64,000 bases of DNA from a virus, in IMG/VR virus record IMGVR_UViG_3300050821_005171, positions 14,701 to 78,700 of that record; one strand, written 5' to 3'. A model generated the notes under the pieces. The model was not told the DNA's origin, made no database searches, and was given only the letters and a program-made list of their open reading frames with translations. Position 1 is the stretch's first letter; each line of letters opens with the position of its first letter. Shown piece after piece: positions 1-9,411 of this stretch. The translations under genes and the position numbers were made by a program.

Positions 1-1
1 G

Positions 2-763
2 GGACGTTCCTGTTGTCGCGACCGTAGCCGAACCGAAGCCTGGGCAAGCCTGGATCGCGGCCTGCACTGCCGCCTGATTAGCATTCCACTGAAGATCAGC
101 AGTGCGAAAGGCGTTCCCTGAACCATCCGTGAGAACGATCTTATAGGTGCCCACCGTCCTAGCTGGAGACGTCGGTGAAAATTGCTGGGTCGGCTCACTG
201 CCAACAGTGACCTGCGCAATCGCCACCTGCATGGCGAAGATTTGATTGCCGACCGTAAATCCGCCGGCCGACGATCCAATGGTTCCCTGGGTTCTCTGGA
301 AGAACGAGTGAACCTGCCCGATCAGATAGCCACCATTGGGCTTAGCGGCGACTGCAAGAATACCCACCGTCTCGTTGCTGTACGGCGTGCTGTCAGACGC
401 TTCGCCAATAGGATTCTCGCTGAACAGCGGGTCGTATCGCAGCTTTGGCGCGACCCCGACAACAGTTCCGATGTCTGGGACCTGCCCAACAAGTGGATAT
501 ACGAACAGCGAGTGATAGGCCGGGAACGGAACATCAATCGCGAGTCCGGCGATCGTCTCGTCGTTCTGGCTGATGTCGAACTGCTCTCCGACCTGAATGT
601 TCGTGGGTGGACCAGGAGCCAGAGAGGTGGATTTCTTGAGAATCTGCTCGGCTGTCCCGTCTGCGAAGTATCTTGGAGCAAACGTGTTGGCGGTCAGGCC
701 GCCGTCATTGAACCAGATTTCGATGCCGGTCCGACAGCATAGGCAACTCCAGAACCAAGTCAA
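2..763 (-). CDS. Tail tip/fibre-type structural protein, 3'-truncated by window edge
   Basis: Not in the ORF track. Open minus frame from TTG at 763 (TTGA overlap with upstream stop): MTWFWSCLCCRTG...GTYKIVLTDGSGNAFRTADLQWNANQAAVQAAIQAC, resembling the GTF.LT..TA.I..NA.A..VQ.AL module of tail and surface proteins. Confidence 0.65.
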   Translation of the reverse strand, partial: MTWFWSCLCCRTGIEIWFNDGGLTANTFAPRYFADGTAEQILKKSTSLAPGPPTNIQVGEQFDISQNDETIAGLAIDVPFPAYHSLFVYPLVGQVPDIGTVVGVAPKLRYDPLFSENPIGEASDSTPYSNETVGILAVAAKPNGGYLIGQVHSFFQRTQGTIGSSAGGFTVGNQIFAMQVAIAQVTVGSEPTQQFSPTSPARTVGTYKIVLTDGSGNAFRTADLQWNANQAAVQAAIQACPGFGSATVATTGTS

Positions 764-1194
764 TTCGGCCCCCCTGTATCACCGGCCGCGCAGGGGTCGC
801 CACCGATGATCTCGTAGATCGTGCCGCCGCCATTTAGGTCTGTGATGTAAATCCACACATCTCCTGCCAAGTTGGCAATTCGATTGTAAGCCTGAACCTG
901 TTCCGGTTCGCTGGCCGTAAGCGTCTCCGTGGCGGTGCCATCCGAGTTGACCGTGTAGAGATTGACGGCCTGCGCCTTCAGGGCGTCGTGACGACCAACG
1001 GTTTTTGCCAGAAGGATCGGTTGCGATGACGAGGCAAAGATCGAGAGGATCGTGCCCCCAGCAGTGCGATGCACTTCGCCCTGGCCGACCACTTTTGTAA
1101 TCAGCGAGGATTGGATCGCATCGACGAGCACATTCCAATCGTTGGCCGAGACCGGCTTCCCCATGAACGCTCTCGGCAGCGGCACCATTGTCAT
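760..1194 (-). CDS. Putative tail tip/baseplate protein
   Basis: 144 aa, ATGA-coupled, two genes downstream of tape measure. Confidence 0.55.
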   Translation of the reverse strand: MTMVPLPRAFMGKPVSANDWNVLVDAIQSSLITKVVGQGEVHRTAGGTILSIFASSSQPILLAKTVGRHDALKAQAVNLYTVNSDGTATETLTASEPEQVQAYNRIANLAGDVWIYITDLNGGGTIYEIIGGDPCAAGDTGGPN

Positions 1195-2372
1195 TGGACG
1201 TATGGCAATCCGATCTGGAGTGTGGCCCCTGGCGGAGCGTTGATCGAGAGCCCAAAGTCGAAACTAGAAGACGGATTCCCACCAGTAGGATCGGTATAGA
1301 GGTTGCCCACCGTGAACAGCTTGTAAAAGTCTACCTCTGGAAAAATATCGTCTTTGGTTTGAGTGCTGACCACCCGCTGGTAGTTCGGATCGGTCCCCTT
1401 GGGATGCGTCCTGAAGAAATAGTCCCATCCGGCAAAATCGCTGGCCTCGATCAAGATTTGCCGAATCTGAAACTTAAAGTGCAGGGACCACATCGTGACG
1501 CCGAGTGCATCATTATTTGGATTGACTCCCGTGTTGAATGGATTGGAATCCGAAGGGTTTCCTACTTGCATCGTGGCGTCAGCGCCACAGCCCACAAACA
1601 TGACCGTCCGCTCAGGCAGCCCAAAGAACGGCTTACTATTTAGCGCTCCGACTGACTGCTCGATCCTGCTCCACGGAGGAAGCGGGACGAACTTCCAGGC
1701 AATGTCGACAGTCTGGGTCGGCTCGAACTTGGTGACGTTGACGTTTTGTTCTACGGGGTCATATACGCCATTTATTTGCCACGAAAGACCTGGAGTCGGC
1801 AGCAAAATCGCGTTTGCGCCAAAGTCTGTTTTGAATTCGAGCGCGACGCCTACTGGAATCTGAGGGTCATCGTCGTTTGTGTAATACCGCTTGGTGACAT
1901 ACGAGACGGTGGCCTTGTACCCATTCGTAGGCTTCGGCAGGTTGAGCTGATTTCCGTCCGGGCCTACGCTGGAGTCAGTCCAGCAGATATCGTCAATTGC
2001 ACCCATCGGGACGACGTGGATGTGATCTACAGCCAGCCAAGGCTTTCCAGGAAATGTAGCCGGGAGCCACGTTTGGAAGATGTTTGAACCCGTTCCAGAC
2101 GGGATCGTACCCCACTGATAGCTACCACCAAAATCGATCATGAAGGCATCGATTTGGTCCCACGGCACGATGAACTGCCTCTGGGCGGTCTGCCTCCCCT
2201 CTCGCGGAGTATAGGTGTAGGTAAGACCAGCCGTTTCCAGCAGGCAGTATTGATTTCCACTCACACGCCCGACAACAGTCAGGGCAGATGCGGCCGGAGC
2301 CAGATCACCACACGACGTGTCGATCATCGTGAGCGGATCGGTGTTGTCCGGATAGTGGTGATGTCTTGTCAT
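1191..2372 (-). CDS. Putative distal tail/hub protein
   Basis: 393 aa, beta-rich, directly after tape measure. Confidence 0.55.
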   Translation of the reverse strand: MTRHHHYPDNTDPLTMIDTSCGDLAPAASALTVVGRVSGNQYCLLETAGLTYTYTPREGRQTAQRQFIVPWDQIDAFMIDFGGSYQWGTIPSGTGSNIFQTWLPATFPGKPWLAVDHIHVVPMGAIDDICWTDSSVGPDGNQLNLPKPTNGYKATVSYVTKRYYTNDDDPQIPVGVALEFKTDFGANAILLPTPGLSWQINGVYDPVEQNVNVTKFEPTQTVDIAWKFVPLPPWSRIEQSVGALNSKPFFGLPERTVMFVGCGADATMQVGNPSDSNPFNTGVNPNNDALGVTMWSLHFKFQIRQILIEASDFAGWDYFFRTHPKGTDPNYQRVVSTQTKDDIFPEVDFYKLFTVGNLYTDPTGGNPSSSFDFGLSINAPPGATLQIGLPYVQ

Positions 2373-2380
2373 TTAGGTGG

Positions 2381-3841
2381 CTATCTCGAAAAACCGAACA
2401 TGGCATTGGCCGCTCGACCGGCCACTTCACGCTTTCCGGCCTCTGTTTGATTGAACCATTCTTGCGCAACCTTCTCGACGGTCCCTAAGATACCTTCGGT
2501 GGCCAGGGCCGTCCGTCGCGCGTCGTCATCGCGAAGCATCGTGTTTTGGATTGCGGCATGGACCTGGGACACGTCCATAACCCCTGACGCTTCCCCTTCG
2601 ATAGCGTTCATTCGCTTTTGGCGAATTTCGTCGAGCAGCTTGAATTTTGGATCGCCAGCCTTTGCGATATCAGAAAGCTGCGATTTCTGCATGAGGTAGT
2701 CCTTTTGGACCAGCAGTCTCTGGTAATCCCTGGGACGCGCCCCCTGCATGAGTTGCTCATTGAAAGCCCTGGATTGCTGCCCCTCAATTGCCGCGAGGCG
2801 AGCCTTCGCCATTGCCGCCTCCTGATTGGCGTCCTGCTCTTCATCGGCAGCCTTCTTGACGTTGGGCGGCTCTGTTTTCATTTGCGTACGCGCATTTGAA
2901 GACAGAAACTTCTCGGCCTGTTCCGGGGTAAGGCCCTGACTTTTGTCGTATGCGCGCCTTCCTAGTATTTCTGCAATGACATCCGGATCACGAGATGCGG
3001 TAACTAGTTTTTCTTGATCGATAGAAAGCTCTTTAGGAAGCCCCTTAATCGAGTCGTATCCACCGGCAGCGCGCTGCTTAATATCAACTCCAAACTGCTT
3101 TGCAATGTCGTATCCGAGGCCCCTGAATGCTGCTTTGTAGTCCACGTTTCCAGTCTGCTTGCTGTAATTTGAGCTGAACATCGTCGACAATTTTTGCCAT
3201 GCCTCACCTGCCGCACCGGAGAACCCACGCCCCGGAATCTGCGTGTTAATGGCCTTGGCCTGCTCCTCGGTGAGTTTTTGGGAGGCGAACTTCGCCCTTT
3301 TCTCCAAATCCGGCATCTCGGCCCTTAGCTGCATCTTTTCAGACTGGAGGGCTGCCGCATCCATCTTCACCGCCTGCATGGAAGCATCCCTACTGACCTT
3401 TTGGAGCTGTAGCCGTTTGTCGAAAATGTCGTTCAGGTTTTCCAGTTCTTGCGACATCTTCTTGAAGGCGTTCGTCTGCTGGTCGGTGAATCCGAGCAGG
3501 CTCGCAAAGGCTGGAATCAACGCCGACGTCAGGCTGACCGCGAGGCCGCCAACAGCCCCCTGCAATGGACCCATGATCGAAAAGACCTGGGCGAAATTGT
3601 TGGAGCTGGCGATCAGCGCACCACGAAGCCCGGTCTGACCCCAGACGGTGATGGCGTCCTGGATTCCATAGGAAAGCTGCTGCATGGCGAGCCCGAATTT
3701 CTTGCCAGCCACAGAGCCATGCTGCATCTCTTCCGACGTTTGCTTGGCCTGCGACTTAACGCGGGCGAGCGCCCCGGTGAGATTCTGCTCGCCCGTCGCG
3801 CCAAACTGGACGCCAATTCCGCCGATAATCTGAGTCGGCAT
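2381..3841 (-). CDS. Tape measure protein (short, 486 aa)
   Basis: Ala/Gln-rich helical protein with N-terminal QQLSYGIQD motif and a hydrophobic segment; follows tail chaperones. Confidence 0.75.
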   Translation of the reverse strand: MPTQIIGGIGVQFGATGEQNLTGALARVKSQAKQTSEEMQHGSVAGKKFGLAMQQLSYGIQDAITVWGQTGLRGALIASSNNFAQVFSIMGPLQGAVGGLAVSLTSALIPAFASLLGFTDQQTNAFKKMSQELENLNDIFDKRLQLQKVSRDASMQAVKMDAAALQSEKMQLRAEMPDLEKRAKFASQKLTEEQAKAINTQIPGRGFSGAAGEAWQKLSTMFSSNYSKQTGNVDYKAAFRGLGYDIAKQFGVDIKQRAAGGYDSIKGLPKELSIDQEKLVTASRDPDVIAEILGRRAYDKSQGLTPEQAEKFLSSNARTQMKTEPPNVKKAADEEQDANQEAAMAKARLAAIEGQQSRAFNEQLMQGARPRDYQRLLVQKDYLMQKSQLSDIAKAGDPKFKLLDEIRQKRMNAIEGEASGVMDVSQVHAAIQNTMLRDDDARRTALATEGILGTVEKVAQEWFNQTEAGKREVAGRAANAMFGFSR

Positions 3842-3845
3842 TCAA

Positions 3846-4295
3846 TTACCCGCCTTGTGCGTTCGGCTCAATCGGTTTGGGATCGTCTTGCTTTGCCGGT
3901 TTTCCGGAGATCGACTCGGTCCAGAATGTGTCTAACTGGTTCCACTGCTCGACGGTCACTTTGGCATAGATCGCATCAGCATCAGCATCCGTGATCGCGT
4001 TATCAAATATCCTGAGTGCGAGCCGGAAATGAAACATCCTCCCTGTGGCCGAATCCATGAAGGCGGCGACTTCTCCCTGTGTGATGATCGTAGAGTTGGC
4101 AAAAATCCTGTACGCCTCGGCGAGCACACGACCGGCGATGTCAGGACCGGCGTTCTTGACTATCTGGGCTGCCAACTCGAACTGTTGCAGATACATCCTC
4201 CGCAACTCTCGCTCGACGTAGACCTGAACCATCAGGCCCGCTGAGCCGAACTTTCGCATCACGCCGTCAACTTCTAGCGGTAGGTTTTGCTGCAT
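3846..4295 (-). CDS. Tail assembly chaperone-like protein
   Basis: Helical 149 aa between tail tube region and tape measure. Confidence 0.55.
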   Translation of the reverse strand: MQQNLPLEVDGVMRKFGSAGLMVQVYVERELRRMYLQQFELAAQIVKNAGPDIAGRVLAEAYRIFANSTIITQGEVAAFMDSATGRMFHFRLALRIFDNAITDADADAIYAKVTVEQWNQLDTFWTESISGKPAKQDDPKPIEPNAQGG

Positions 4296-4968
4296 TGGCC
4301 TCTCGTTTTTGGCGGGTCAAATTGCCCAGTATCTGCTCTGCCCTTTGCCTCAATCTTCGATGCTGCTTGCGTGGAATGGTCGCCGGCTTGTTGACCTCTG
4401 ACTCGCTGGCGATCAGCGATCGATACTGAAAGAGCGTCAGCTTTCCAATGTCGGCCAAGCTGCACTGCCCCATGTCGCAGGCAATTTTGAATCCCCGCTT
4501 CCAGTTTGGCATCTCGTTCTGATTGACGGAATTTCTACTGACCTTTGACGCCCACTCAACATCGCTCATCGAATCAAACGCGCTGATCTGGTTGCGGACC
4601 GCCACGAACTCGAAAGCATCATCGTTAGACCACCCGCCAATCAGGTTGGCACACTCAAGCCAACTCTTTGATCCCCGCAATGAGAGCCACAGGCTCATTA
4701 GGATGCCGGGCTCCGTCGACAGCCAGCCCAGAATGTCCGTAAGGTCGATAGACGTCGCCTCGGCGATGGCTGCGATGCGATACTTGCGGTCCTTTTCGTC
4801 TCCCGTTTTAACGGCGGCCATCGCATCAATAAAAGCAGCGCTACGGCCCTGCAATAGATAGTTCTCGATCGCCCCCAGGTCTCCAATCGTAATTGGATGC
4901 AAGAGCACCATGTCCTGCCCCAGCAGAAATGGCACTCCGGCACCGACGGCGCGAGCGAGAGAAAACAC
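4267..4968 (-). CDS. Tail assembly chaperone-like protein (long form)
   Basis: Probable GTG start at 4968 overlapping the tail tube stop; LHPITIGDLG..IE and C-terminal IGKLTLFQY motifs. Confidence 0.55.
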   Translation of the reverse strand: MFSLARAVGAGVPFLLGQDMVLLHPITIGDLGAIENYLLQGRSAAFIDAMAAVKTGDEKDRKYRIAAIAEATSIDLTDILGWLSTEPGILMSLWLSLRGSKSWLECANLIGGWSNDDAFEFVAVRNQISAFDSMSDVEWASKVSRNSVNQNEMPNWKRGFKIACDMGQCSLADIGKLTLFQYRSLIASESEVNKPATIPRKQHRRLRQRAEQILGNLTRQKREANAAKPTARS

Positions 4969-5417
4969 TATGGCTGCTCCGTGCCTCCAGACACGCAACC
5001 CTCGGCCAGCGTTCCGTCAGGGTAGGTCCACTGACCGTGCGTCACCGCCGTCACGCGCACGCTGATCTCGGTAGCCTGATTGATTTCGACCGTCTCGCCG
5101 ATGGTCTTGATGCGGGCCGGTACGATCCAGTGTCGGACGTTGTTCTCGTACAGCAACAGCGTCACCAGCTCGCCAACTTCGATGATGTCGTAGATCGAAT
5201 CGAAGATGTTGAGGATGACGTCGAACGAAACGTCTCCACGGCACTTGCCCAGCGCGGTGAGATTGAAGCCGTTGCTCCCTGAGTGGCAAAACTCGGGAAC
5301 CGTGGCCTCCATGTTGAACTCCCAGCGCCCGACATCAGCCACGTCGCTGGGGTCGATATGGATGAATCCGCACTGGCCGCTGATGTTGCCGTGTTCTACC
5401 GGGGGAGGATTGGACAT
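4968..5417 (-). CDS. Putative tail tube (major tail) protein
   Basis: 149 aa beta-rich (ISGQCG...WEFNM...C-terminal VTHGQW); upstream of chaperones and tape measure. Confidence 0.6.
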   Translation of the reverse strand: MSNPPPVEHGNISGQCGFIHIDPSDVADVGRWEFNMEATVPEFCHSGSNGFNLTALGKCRGDVSFDVILNIFDSIYDIIEVGELVTLLLYENNVRHWIVPARIKTIGETVEINQATEISVRVTAVTHGQWTYPDGTLAEGCVSGGTEQP

Positions 5418-5447
5418 CGGAACCCTTTCGTGTCAGGCACCCAAAAA

Positions 5448-5999
5448 CTACATGACTCCGGCCAGGAACAACGTCCAGGCAATGTCTTCGGTACCGCTGT
5501 GCTGAAGCCGCAGAATGTTCGATGAGTTGTTGGCGACTGGCCATCCAGCCAGCCTGTTCGTCATGAAGATGTGGTCGCCGGCTCCGCAGGTTAGTTGGCA
5601 GTCGACATTCCCATTAAACGGGGCATCCCAAGCGTGCCCGGCGCTTCCGGCTCCGCCCACGAGCAGGACTGCATCCGGGTTTAGAACGAAGCCGCCCGAG
5701 CCGTTAGGGGTTCCGTTATTTTGAATGAACAGCATCTTGATCGTGGCGAAGTCAATGACGTCCTCAAAGACGTCCTGAAGCACCCCCCAGAGATTGAGGT
5801 CCGTGATCGGCGATCCGGCCGTCACGACACCTTCTCCCTGATAAGTCATGTTGGCCTGGGCCAGAACGCCACTGTTTCCCTGCGACAGCGTGCATGAGGC
5901 GCTGAGCCTCCCAGCGTTCTGCAACGTCCCGATCAGGGGAATCTTGTTGAAGTTCCACCCGATCGACAGGCCGTGCGTCACCCTGAGAGATGTCGTCAT
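5448..5999 (-). CDS. Virion structural protein, unknown
   Basis: 183 aa Gly/Asn-rich beta protein in tail operon. Confidence 0.5.
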   Translation of the reverse strand: MTTSLRVTHGLSIGWNFNKIPLIGTLQNAGRLSASCTLSQGNSGVLAQANMTYQGEGVVTAGSPITDLNLWGVLQDVFEDVIDFATIKMLFIQNNGTPNGSGGFVLNPDAVLLVGGAGSAGHAWDAPFNGNVDCQLTCGAGDHIFMTNRLAGWPVANNSSNILRLQHSGTEDIAWTLFLAGVM

Positions 6000-6061
6000 G
6001 TCGCGCTAGTCCGGAAGCCTTATGCCGCAACGGTTTAGGTTCTGTTACGAAATCATTTCTC

Positions 6062-6106
6062 AAAACGAAAAAAGCCGGGGCAGGAATTGATATTCCCGAC
6101 CCGGCC
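6062..6106 (-). terminator. Intrinsic terminator-like hairpin upstream of tail genes
   Basis: Minus strand GCCGGG-TC-GGGAAT-ATCA-ATTCCT-GC-CCCGGC-TTTTTTCGTTTT. Confidence 0.75.
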
Positions 6107-6152
6107 GCACTATCCGCGATGGACGTGAACCGATATCGACACTGCACAGGCG

Positions 6153-6455
6153 TCAGTCAGACGAAACCGGTTCCCCTTCAGTCCCGGTATCAACTGGGCG
6201 ATGGTTACCGCCAGCAACCATTTCCTCAAGGGCGTTCGTGAAACCCCTGAGTCGCTGGTCGCTTACCTTCCTGATCTCCTGAATTGTTCCCTTACTGACG
6301 AGCAGCGTCAATCCCACTGTTCCGTTGAAGTCCCTGATGCAGACTTCGGACAGGATTTGCTGCAATGCTGCGCGGGCCAATGCCCCGAAGTTCCGATTTG
6401 TATCGGTTCCGAGGAGGCTATCGCCAACTATGGTGCCTGGACGTGGCGGCGTCAT
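6153..6455 (-). CDS. Small DUF2292/YezD-like protein
   Basis: Probable start ATG 6455; ...DFNGTVGLTLLVSKGTIQEIRK helix + beta-hairpin pattern. Confidence 0.5.
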   Translation of the reverse strand: MTPPRPGTIVGDSLLGTDTNRNFGALARAALQQILSEVCIRDFNGTVGLTLLVSKGTIQEIRKVSDQRLRGFTNALEEMVAGGNHRPVDTGTEGEPVSSD

Positions 6456-6723
6456 TGTGACGTTGTACCACACCGGAAGCACGCCTGTCGCTCCAGCCAT
6501 TCCAATCCTGACCGCCGAACACGTTGGTGTCGCTCCAGGCCGACAGACGATTATGGCTGTCGTACAAGTCTTCTCCGTGGAAGGCATTTGGCAGCGTGCG
6601 GCCGGCATAGTGGCCATGCATGTACAGGTTCGATCCACCGAACGAATTTGGGACGGTGCGGTCCTGGGCCAGCATGACTCCAGAGGAAGCGACGAACACG
6701 AGCGTTGCGAGAACGGCTCTCAT
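6418..6723 (-). CDS. Small secreted protein
   Basis: Signal peptide MRAVLATLVFVASSGVMLA; repeated N.F.G motif (PNSFGG, PNAFHG, TNVFGG). Confidence 0.55.
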   Translation of the reverse strand: MRAVLATLVFVASSGVMLAQDRTVPNSFGGSNLYMHGHYAGRTLPNAFHGEDLYDSHNRLSAWSDTNVFGGQDWNGWSDRRASGVVQRHNDAATSRHHSWR

Positions 6724-6776
6724 TTCTGGGCTCCGAATAGGTTGATGTGTAATCACAATGTGCATACACACTGTAC

Positions 6777-7250
6777 CTAATTGTTGCCCTGCTTAACAAC
6801 ATCGTTGCGGCGATTGACCTTGTAGGTCAGCATGCCCTGGTAAATCCCGTCACCTGCGTACCCTGGCGCTCGGCAGATGTGCTCACCGGTGCGGCGACAG
6901 AGCAGCGAGTACCCAGTGTTCGTATCGAACTCAAGTTGGGCATCGTCGTAGATCGACTTGAGCTGATCGATGATCAGGCCGCACTGATCCTTGGGGTCGT
7001 TGACGCCGTCCTCTTTGACGTACACGCAAATCTGGAATACGACGTCCTGGAACTCGCCAAAGTACCCGGAATACGAGCCGCTGGACCACCTACGCGAAGC
7101 TGTACTGACGGGGCTGAACACAGCGTAGGGGAATGGCGTGTTAGCCGGAGCCTCTCCGTCCCAGATGCTTCCGGCCACAATCGAGTCGAGCAGATTGTCC
7201 GTCCACAGGCCAACAATCGCCTTGTCGACCTGCGTCGATGACGACGTCAT
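6777..7250 (-). CDS. Tail terminator/completion protein (DUF3168/gp17-like)
   Basis: IWDGEAPANTPFPYAVF and FQICVY motifs; position. Confidence 0.75.
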   Translation of the reverse strand: MTSSSTQVDKAIVGLWTDNLLDSIVAGSIWDGEAPANTPFPYAVFSPVSTASRRWSSGSYSGYFGEFQDVVFQICVYVKEDGVNDPKDQCGLIIDQLKSIYDDAQLEFDTNTGYSLLCRRTGEHICRAPGYAGDGIYQGMLTYKVNRRNDVVKQGNN

Positions 7251-7351
7251 TAAGACTTGGCCTTAGCCTCTTTGCCCTTGGCGACAGATGCCCTGCGGTC
7301 CTTGGGCTTGTTCTTGGGGCGCGCCGGCTTTGGTGTTGATTGCTCTGCCAT
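7250..7351 (-). CDS. 33-aa Lys-rich microprotein
   Basis: MAEQSTPKPARPKNKPKDRRASVAKGKEAKAKS fills the gap between gp10-like and terminator genes; TAATG coupling. Confidence 0.5.
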   Translation of the reverse strand: MAEQSTPKPARPKNKPKDRRASVAKGKEAKAKS

Positions 7352-7354
7352 TGG

Positions 7355-8041
7355 TTAAATCTCGTAATCTGGGCCACTGGGAAGATTGGCCGGGAACTGA
7401 GCGCTGACACTCACGGCACCCGGTGCGACACCCTTGCCGAGCGGGGTCGCCATGATCCGCATGATAGCATCCTGCTCTTCGCTCAGGGTACGCCGAAGGA
7501 ACGATCGCTGGAGGATCGGCTTGCGTCTGGCAAATGTTCGGAGCAGATAGAGCCTGCCGGCGATCGTCACGATTCCGGCCCGTCTCATCAAGGCCCTGTT
7601 GCTGTTGCCCTTCTTGATTCGCCTTCCGCCCTTACCGGGACGCCGAACGCTTTCCATGATCCGAGCCGCGTCCGCAGCGCTAATCGGGATCGTCATGGCC
7701 TTCTTCTTAGTGGGCCGCATGTCGGCCCCAGTGGTGCCGACCTCCTGCCACAGCCCATGCGGAGAGTTAGTGCCAACGATGCCCGAGAAGTTCGTTTTGT
7801 CTAACTGGACGAACATTCGCCTAATAATGTCGCCACTGACCGCCCTGGGATAATTTCCCGGGGCCGACGGCGCTTCGACTGGAGACTGCCCCTGGCTGAC
7901 GTTCTCAATCACCTTCGTGCGGAGATGCTCACAGACTCTCTGTACCCGGTTATTGACCTCGGTTTTGAGAGCCCGTGTGAATTTTTCAGCACTCCAGGTG
8001 AACTTTACGTTGCTGATAATTTGCACAGAGACATCCGCCAT
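7355..8041 (-). CDS. HK97 gp10-like neck/tail completion protein
   Basis: SAPGNYPRAVSG, VGTNSPHGLWQEVGT and RSFLRRTL motifs. Confidence 0.75.
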   Translation of the reverse strand: MADVSVQIISNVKFTWSAEKFTRALKTEVNNRVQRVCEHLRTKVIENVSQGQSPVEAPSAPGNYPRAVSGDIIRRMFVQLDKTNFSGIVGTNSPHGLWQEVGTTGADMRPTKKKAMTIPISAADAARIMESVRRPGKGGRRIKKGNSNRALMRRAGIVTIAGRLYLLRTFARRKPILQRSFLRRTLSEEQDAIMRIMATPLGKGVAPGAVSVSAQFPANLPSGPDYEI

Positions 8042-8778
8042 TCCTGATGCACGATCATGTACGGCCTTCCGAATGGATCAACGTAATCGCCCATCGCGTC
8101 CTTGATGGCCTGGACCCCATATCGGACACCCTCTCCGGTCAGACACAGGTCGGATATCGCTGGGTGGTGGACGTTTTTTCCGAATCCGCACTTCCAGGCC
8201 AGGAAGTTGGCCACGGCTTGATCGGTGTATGTTCGCGAGCAGTTGGCCGTATACGTGAGCAGCGTTTCGTAAAACGCGATAAGGTTCCACTTTGAGCCGA
8301 TGTGCGTCCCGCCGTTGACAACATCTCTGGGCAACAAGTCTCGCCAATCGTGCGGCCTGAACTTCTCCTGATCCTCCCTGTTAAATTGCGAATCGGCGTG
8401 CGTCATTCCTTCCGAGACGAGGTGCAGGCCCTTCATGACCGGGATGTCGACCTGAAACGTAACGTCGCACGAGTCCGTGTGAATGACGGTCTCGTACTCG
8501 CACTTACGCATGAAATCGAGCCGGGCCATATAGCAATCCAGCGCAAATCGGTTCGATTCGCGATCTGGAATGACCTTCTTTTCCCGCTTGAGAATGTGGA
8601 CCCCGGCCCCGTTCAGCATCGTCTCGAACCATCCTGGCAGCTCATTGGTGGCGACGACGTGGTCGCAATCCGTCAGGTTTTGGAGCGACTCGACGTAGCG
8701 CTCCAGACCCTCCCGATGACTGTCGCACCAGTGCGAGCCATGTGCTCCGGCCAAGGTGCATTTCCTATTCATCGCCAT
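8005..8778 (-). CDS. GT-A-fold glycosyltransferase-like protein
   Basis: HTDSCDVTFQ (DxxD), VVNGGTHIG, DQAVANFL and IVHQ motifs. Confidence 0.6.
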   Translation of the reverse strand: MAMNRKCTLAGAHGSHWCDSHREGLERYVESLQNLTDCDHVVATNELPGWFETMLNGAGVHILKREKKVIPDRESNRFALDCYMARLDFMRKCEYETVIHTDSCDVTFQVDIPVMKGLHLVSEGMTHADSQFNREDQEKFRPHDWRDLLPRDVVNGGTHIGSKWNLIAFYETLLTYTANCSRTYTDQAVANFLAWKCGFGKNVHHPAISDLCLTGEGVRYGVQAIKDAMGDYVDPFGRPYMIVHQEWRMSLCKLSAT

Positions 8779-8830
8779 GCGCCGGGAGCCTTTTGTAGAA
8801 ACGATTTAAGTGCTATTGCGAAATGATTTC

Positions 8831-9073
8831 TCAGGCGTCTCCGAGGTGCGAAACGGAAGTCGGATACCCTTCCCAGGCATGCGGAACTTTCTCGACGATT
8901 CTTCGGTCCAAGTGGGCCTGGGATTTCTTGGGGCTCCCTGGTTCGCAGATTGCGGGCACCTTCACCACCAGTCGGCCCCCTGCGGCCTTGACCTCGATCC
9001 CTTGGGCTCCGTGGTTTTGGAGCATGTGGGCTCGCAGCCTCTGGGCTGCCTGAATCAATCGTTCGTCTATCAT
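8831..9073 (-). CDS. Hypothetical protein
   Basis: 80 aa, ATGA-coupled to the head closure gene. Confidence 0.55.
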   Translation of the reverse strand: MIDERLIQAAQRLRAHMLQNHGAQGIEVKAAGGRLVVKVPAICEPGSPKKSQAHLDRRIVEKVPHAWEGYPTSVSHLGDA

Positions 9074-9411
9074 TGCTTGGCCAGAATCTCCTGCAATTCG
9101 GCCCTGTACAATCGCTTCAGTTCGTCGAAGCTGCGGCGGCCAACGACCCAGAAAATGCGAGGCTTCGGCCCGAACAGAATCTGGTCCTTGGGCTGCAAGC
9201 TGTAGATGTCCGCAAGGAAGTACATTACGTTGTCGTACTCGACGCTGGCCCTATCGTAAGGGTCGTCGGATGCCGTGTTGATCGGCTGGATTCTGCACTG
9301 CATCGTTCCGAGCGGTTGCCAGCCGCGAATCGCCGCGCCGGTCGCGCCCTTCGTGATGGCTTGCCTGCGAACCGTGACAGTGTGGATCGACGCGAGCGAC
9401 TGAAGGCTCAT
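9070..9411 (-). CDS. Head closure/head-tail joining protein (SPP1 gp16-like)
   Basis: Probable start 9411; HTVTVRR...GA...W...CRIQP...DQILF pattern. Confidence 0.7.
   Translation of the reverse strand: MSLQSLASIHTVTVRRQAITKGATGAAIRGWQPLGTMQCRIQPINTASDDPYDRASVEYDNVMYFLADIYSLQPKDQILFGPKPRIFWVVGRRSFDELKRLYRAELQEILAKQ

Noticed and set aside
182-742. Plus-strand 186-aa ORF and many other long antisense ORFs (e.g. 36772-37608, 32257-32961)
   Set aside because: Shadows of well-supported opposite-strand genes in GC-rich DNA; no motifs or RBS.
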